Positions 57,828 through 64,000 of a stretch of DNA of 64,000 nt are shown here, one piece after another (positions within the stretch are counted from its first letter, which is position 1; every line of letters begins with the position of its first letter). Source of the DNA: the human T2T-CHM13v2.0 reference genome, Homo sapiens; NCBI RefSeq assembly GCF_009914755.1, contig NC_060938.1; one strand, written 5' to 3'. Below the pieces are notes generated by a model. That model saw only the letters and a list, made by a program, of their open reading frames with translations, searched no databases and was not told the DNA's origin. The position numbers were made by a program, and so were the translations under genes.

Positions 57828-59600
57828 CGTCGACATGGCCAGAAGTTGTAAGTCCACAGGTCTTGGAGATACTTGCCTACCACAGGAACTCTCTTGGGAA
57901 TCTGTGGCCAAGGTGGTCTCTAGCTGTCACAGTTGATATCAAATCAATTTGCTGGGAAAAGCAAGCATTCAATGAGTCTCTTCTTGTTTAAAATGCATCA
58001 CTGATATGCTATTGGGGAGGTCCCAATTATTAATTAATCATTTCAACAAATTTGCTATGATAAGCATATTACACTCAGAATAGTCATTTCTTATATCCTG
58101 AAAAAGAATGGAAGACATGAGGTGAGTTCTTAGGAGACTCTGGCAGTAGTTCTCCTAATTTTAATGTTAGAAAATATAAGCTAGTAACAGCAGAAAGTTG
58201 GATTATTCTTGATAAATTGAAGATGTAATGACAAAGAGTGACACAAGGAGGCAACATAAAGTCTGACAGCAGGATTCTTTACCAAAGTGCCTTTCTACGC
58301 CCATAGGAAAATCAACCAAGTTAAAGATAACTAGCATAAAATTAAGGACATTGGTTATTAAGGTTACAGAAGACTGTACACCGCACAAACCACAAACTTT
58401 ACAGATGTGACTACTTGATACTTTGATTTATGCCTCTATTTCAGCATCTCCCAACAGGTTACGATATGCAAAAGAATGAACTCCAGAATGGTATCTTGAA
58501 TGCTTTCTATTCTGCTATATTTATTCTAGGGTTTGTTTGGTGTCTTTTCATGATCAAGGATCAAAGATCTCAATTAATCTTTTACCATCAATTTATGTTG
58601 ACTACAGAGTTACTTGCTTCTGTCATCAAAATGTCTTTGAAGTTTGCTGTTTGCTTTTTATGTGTCAATATTCTGCAATTTTTGCTCTATTTGCATCTAT
58701 GTGAAATGGCCTTTAAAACTTTGCTGCCTCTTATTCTGCAAGCAAAGTAAAAGGGACTAAAAGTGACTGAGAAATGATAAAATATTTATTCTTTTCATCT
58801 TCCAAATTACTAGTTGAAATTGCATGGAGAAATTATATAGGAAAAGTCTGACAAGAAACAATATAAAAATATATAATCATTTATTAATATTTATTATGTA
58901 TTATAATAGACATATTTATTTATTAAGAAGTTAGCTGTAACTAATTTTTTGAAGAAATATTCCAAAACAACATTTCATTGTGAGGTTTGGTTGTAGTTTT
59001 AGCTCATGTTTGTCAAATCAAAGTCCCTTTTATGAAATACACATGAAATTTAGAAACAATTTTGGGAAAAATCAATGTATACATTGTCAACTATTAAATT
59101 TGCAAAGTTATATGAATGAAACACTAATTCACTAGTTTAAAACTATTCAGATAAAAGCATGTGTCCACTTTTTTTCCTGGCATCTATATACGTTTAGAAA
59201 ATGTGATACAGATAAAAAGTTTCATCACTGAGTGACTACAAAATCTCACTCTAAATGAGCAAGGAAAGTGAGTACACTAAGTCTAACAGTTTAAGTTCTT
59301 CTTCCGAACAATGGTCTTAACAGCTTATTTGTAAACATTTAAGCTTGAGTTCTGTTGGGAATTTTCAAGAAAATATTAACTGTCTTTTAACAGTTCATAG
59401 TAATCCCCAGGTATAACTATTTACATTTAAATTTTAAAAAAGGTATTAGTATTAGAGACGCTTCTTTAGAAGCTTTGGAATGTAAATTTCTGTAAATTCA
59501 AAAAAGAGAACTCTGTAATTTTAACATTAAAAGAAGTATCTTTCCCTTGAAGTTGTAAAAAGTCCTTTTAAGTGCTGACATTAAGAAAAATATGAGTTAC
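57827..59600 (+). pseudogene. Possible processed pseudogene/retrocopy of an unidentified gene
   Basis: Non-repeat-looking block between L1 remnants; starts GTCGACATGG; broken reading frames to ~58770, then AT-rich UTR-like sequence; no clear poly(A) tail or TSD seen. Confidence 0.4.
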
Positions 59601-60279
59601 ATGCAGAAAAAGCATTTGACAAAATTCCACATCTCTTCACAAAAAAACTCTCAACAAATTAGGTGTAGAAGAGATGTATCTCAACACAATAAAGGCCATA
59701 TATGACAAAATTACAGCTAACATCATACTCAACAGTCAAATATTGAAAGTTTTTTCTCTAAGATCAAGAAGTAGTAGACCAGGATGCTCACACTATTTCT
59801 CTAAGATCAAGAAGTAGACCAGGATGCTCACTCTCACCATTTCTACTCAATATATTACTGGAAGTCCTAGAGAGGGCAATTAGGCAAGAGAAAGAAATAT
59901 AAGGCATACAAATCGAAAAGGAACAAGTTAAATTGAATTTGTTTGCAGATGACATTATCATATATATAGAAAGCCCTAAAGACTCTACCAAAAAAAAAAA
60001 AATGAATTCAGTAAAGTTGCAGAACACAAAGTCAACACACAAAAGTATGTAGCATTTCTATACACTAACCATAAACTATCAGAAAAAGAAAATAATAAAA
60101 CAATTTATAATAGCATCAAAAAAATACTTAGGAGTAAATTAACCAAGAAAGTGAAAGATCTGTATACTGAAAACTAAAAAACATTGATGAAAGAAATTGA
60201 AAAATACACAAATAAATGGAAAGATATCCTGTGTTCAAGGATTGAAAGAATAAATAGTGTTAAAATGTCCATACTACAT

Positions 60280-63029
<2,750 letters not shown>

Positions 63030-63822
63030 TCACAGTCCCTGATTTCAAAATATATTACAAAGCTATAGGAATCAAAACAGCATGGTACTGGCATAAAAAC
63101 AGACACATCGACACATAGAGGAATAGGATAAAGAGCTCCAAAGTAAACCTACATATTTACAGTCAATTGATTTTCAACAAAGATGCCAAAAATGCAAAAC
63201 AGGGAAAAAATTGTCTTTTAAATAAACAGTATTGTGAAAACTGGCTAGTCACATAGAGAAGAATAATATTGGGCTCTTCTCTCAAATCATATACAAAAAT
63301 AAACTCAAAATGTTAGATTAAAGACTTAAATGTAAGACTTGAAACTGTGAAACTATTAAGAAAAACACATAGGGAAAAAGCTCCATGATGTTGGTCTGGG
63401 CAATAATGTTTTCAATATTACCTCAAAAGTATAGGCAACAAAAGTAAAAATAGACAAATGAGGTTATGTCAAACTAAAAAGCTTCTTCTTTTGTCTAAAA
63501 ATAGACAAATGAGGTTATGTCAAACTAAAACGCTTCTTTCACAGGAAAAAAATTAACAGGGTAGAGAGACAACCCATGGATTAAGAGAAATTATTTGCAA
63601 ACCATACATCTGATAAGGGGCTGATATTCAATATGTATAAGGAAGTCAAACAACTCAATAGCAAGAAAATAAGCCATTTTTGCAGAGAATTCATATAAAT
63701 GGCCAACAGATATATGAAAAGGTGCTAAACATCACTAATCATCAGAGAAATGCAAATTAAAACCACGGTGAGATATCACCTCACACCTGCTAGAATGGCT
63801 TTTATCAGAAAGATGAAAAATA

Positions 63823-64000
63823 GGCCAGATGTGGGGGCTCACACCTGTAATCCCAGCACTTTGGAAGGCTCAGGAGGGCAGATCACTTGAGGTCAGAAGT
63901 TCGAGGCCAGCCTGGCCAACATGGTGAAACCCCGTCTCTACTAAAAATACAAAAATTAGGTGGGTGTGGTGGCACGCACCTGTAATCCCAGCTACTTGAA
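63823..64000 (+). mobile_element. AluS, cut by window end
   Basis: Left monomer and start of right monomer. Confidence 0.92.

Noticed and set aside
58430-58750. 106-aa hydrophobic ORF as a functional CDS
   Set aside because: No recognisable family, promoter or splice structure; kept only as part of the retrocopy hypothesis.

Overview
Human (primate) genomic DNA, AT-rich and mostly made of nested transposable elements. A young AluYa5 with all five diagnostic bases indicates human origin. I find no intact protein-coding gene, RNA gene or CRISPR array. Nearly all listed ORFs are frameshifted L1 ORF1/ORF2 remnants, Alu, LTR or simple-repeat readthrough. Content: two near full-length minus-strand L1s (L1PB-like, L1PA7-like), an ORF1-less L1PA, several older L1 fragments, about 11 Alus, two complete MST (MaLR) proviruses, MER4-group and ERVL LTRs, an ERVL RT remnant (YIDD), and MER3/MER5A/MIR/L2 relics. 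Subfamily names come from recalled consensus motifs and need RepeatMasker/Dfam confirmation. I cannot support a new biological system here. The best leads are an unexplained ~95-nt pre-miRNA-like hairpin (44715-44809), an unidentified retrocopy-like unique segment (57827-59600), a locally templated insertion inside an L1 3' end, an ORF1-less L1, an in-place micro-inversion, and a possibly polymorphic AluYa5.
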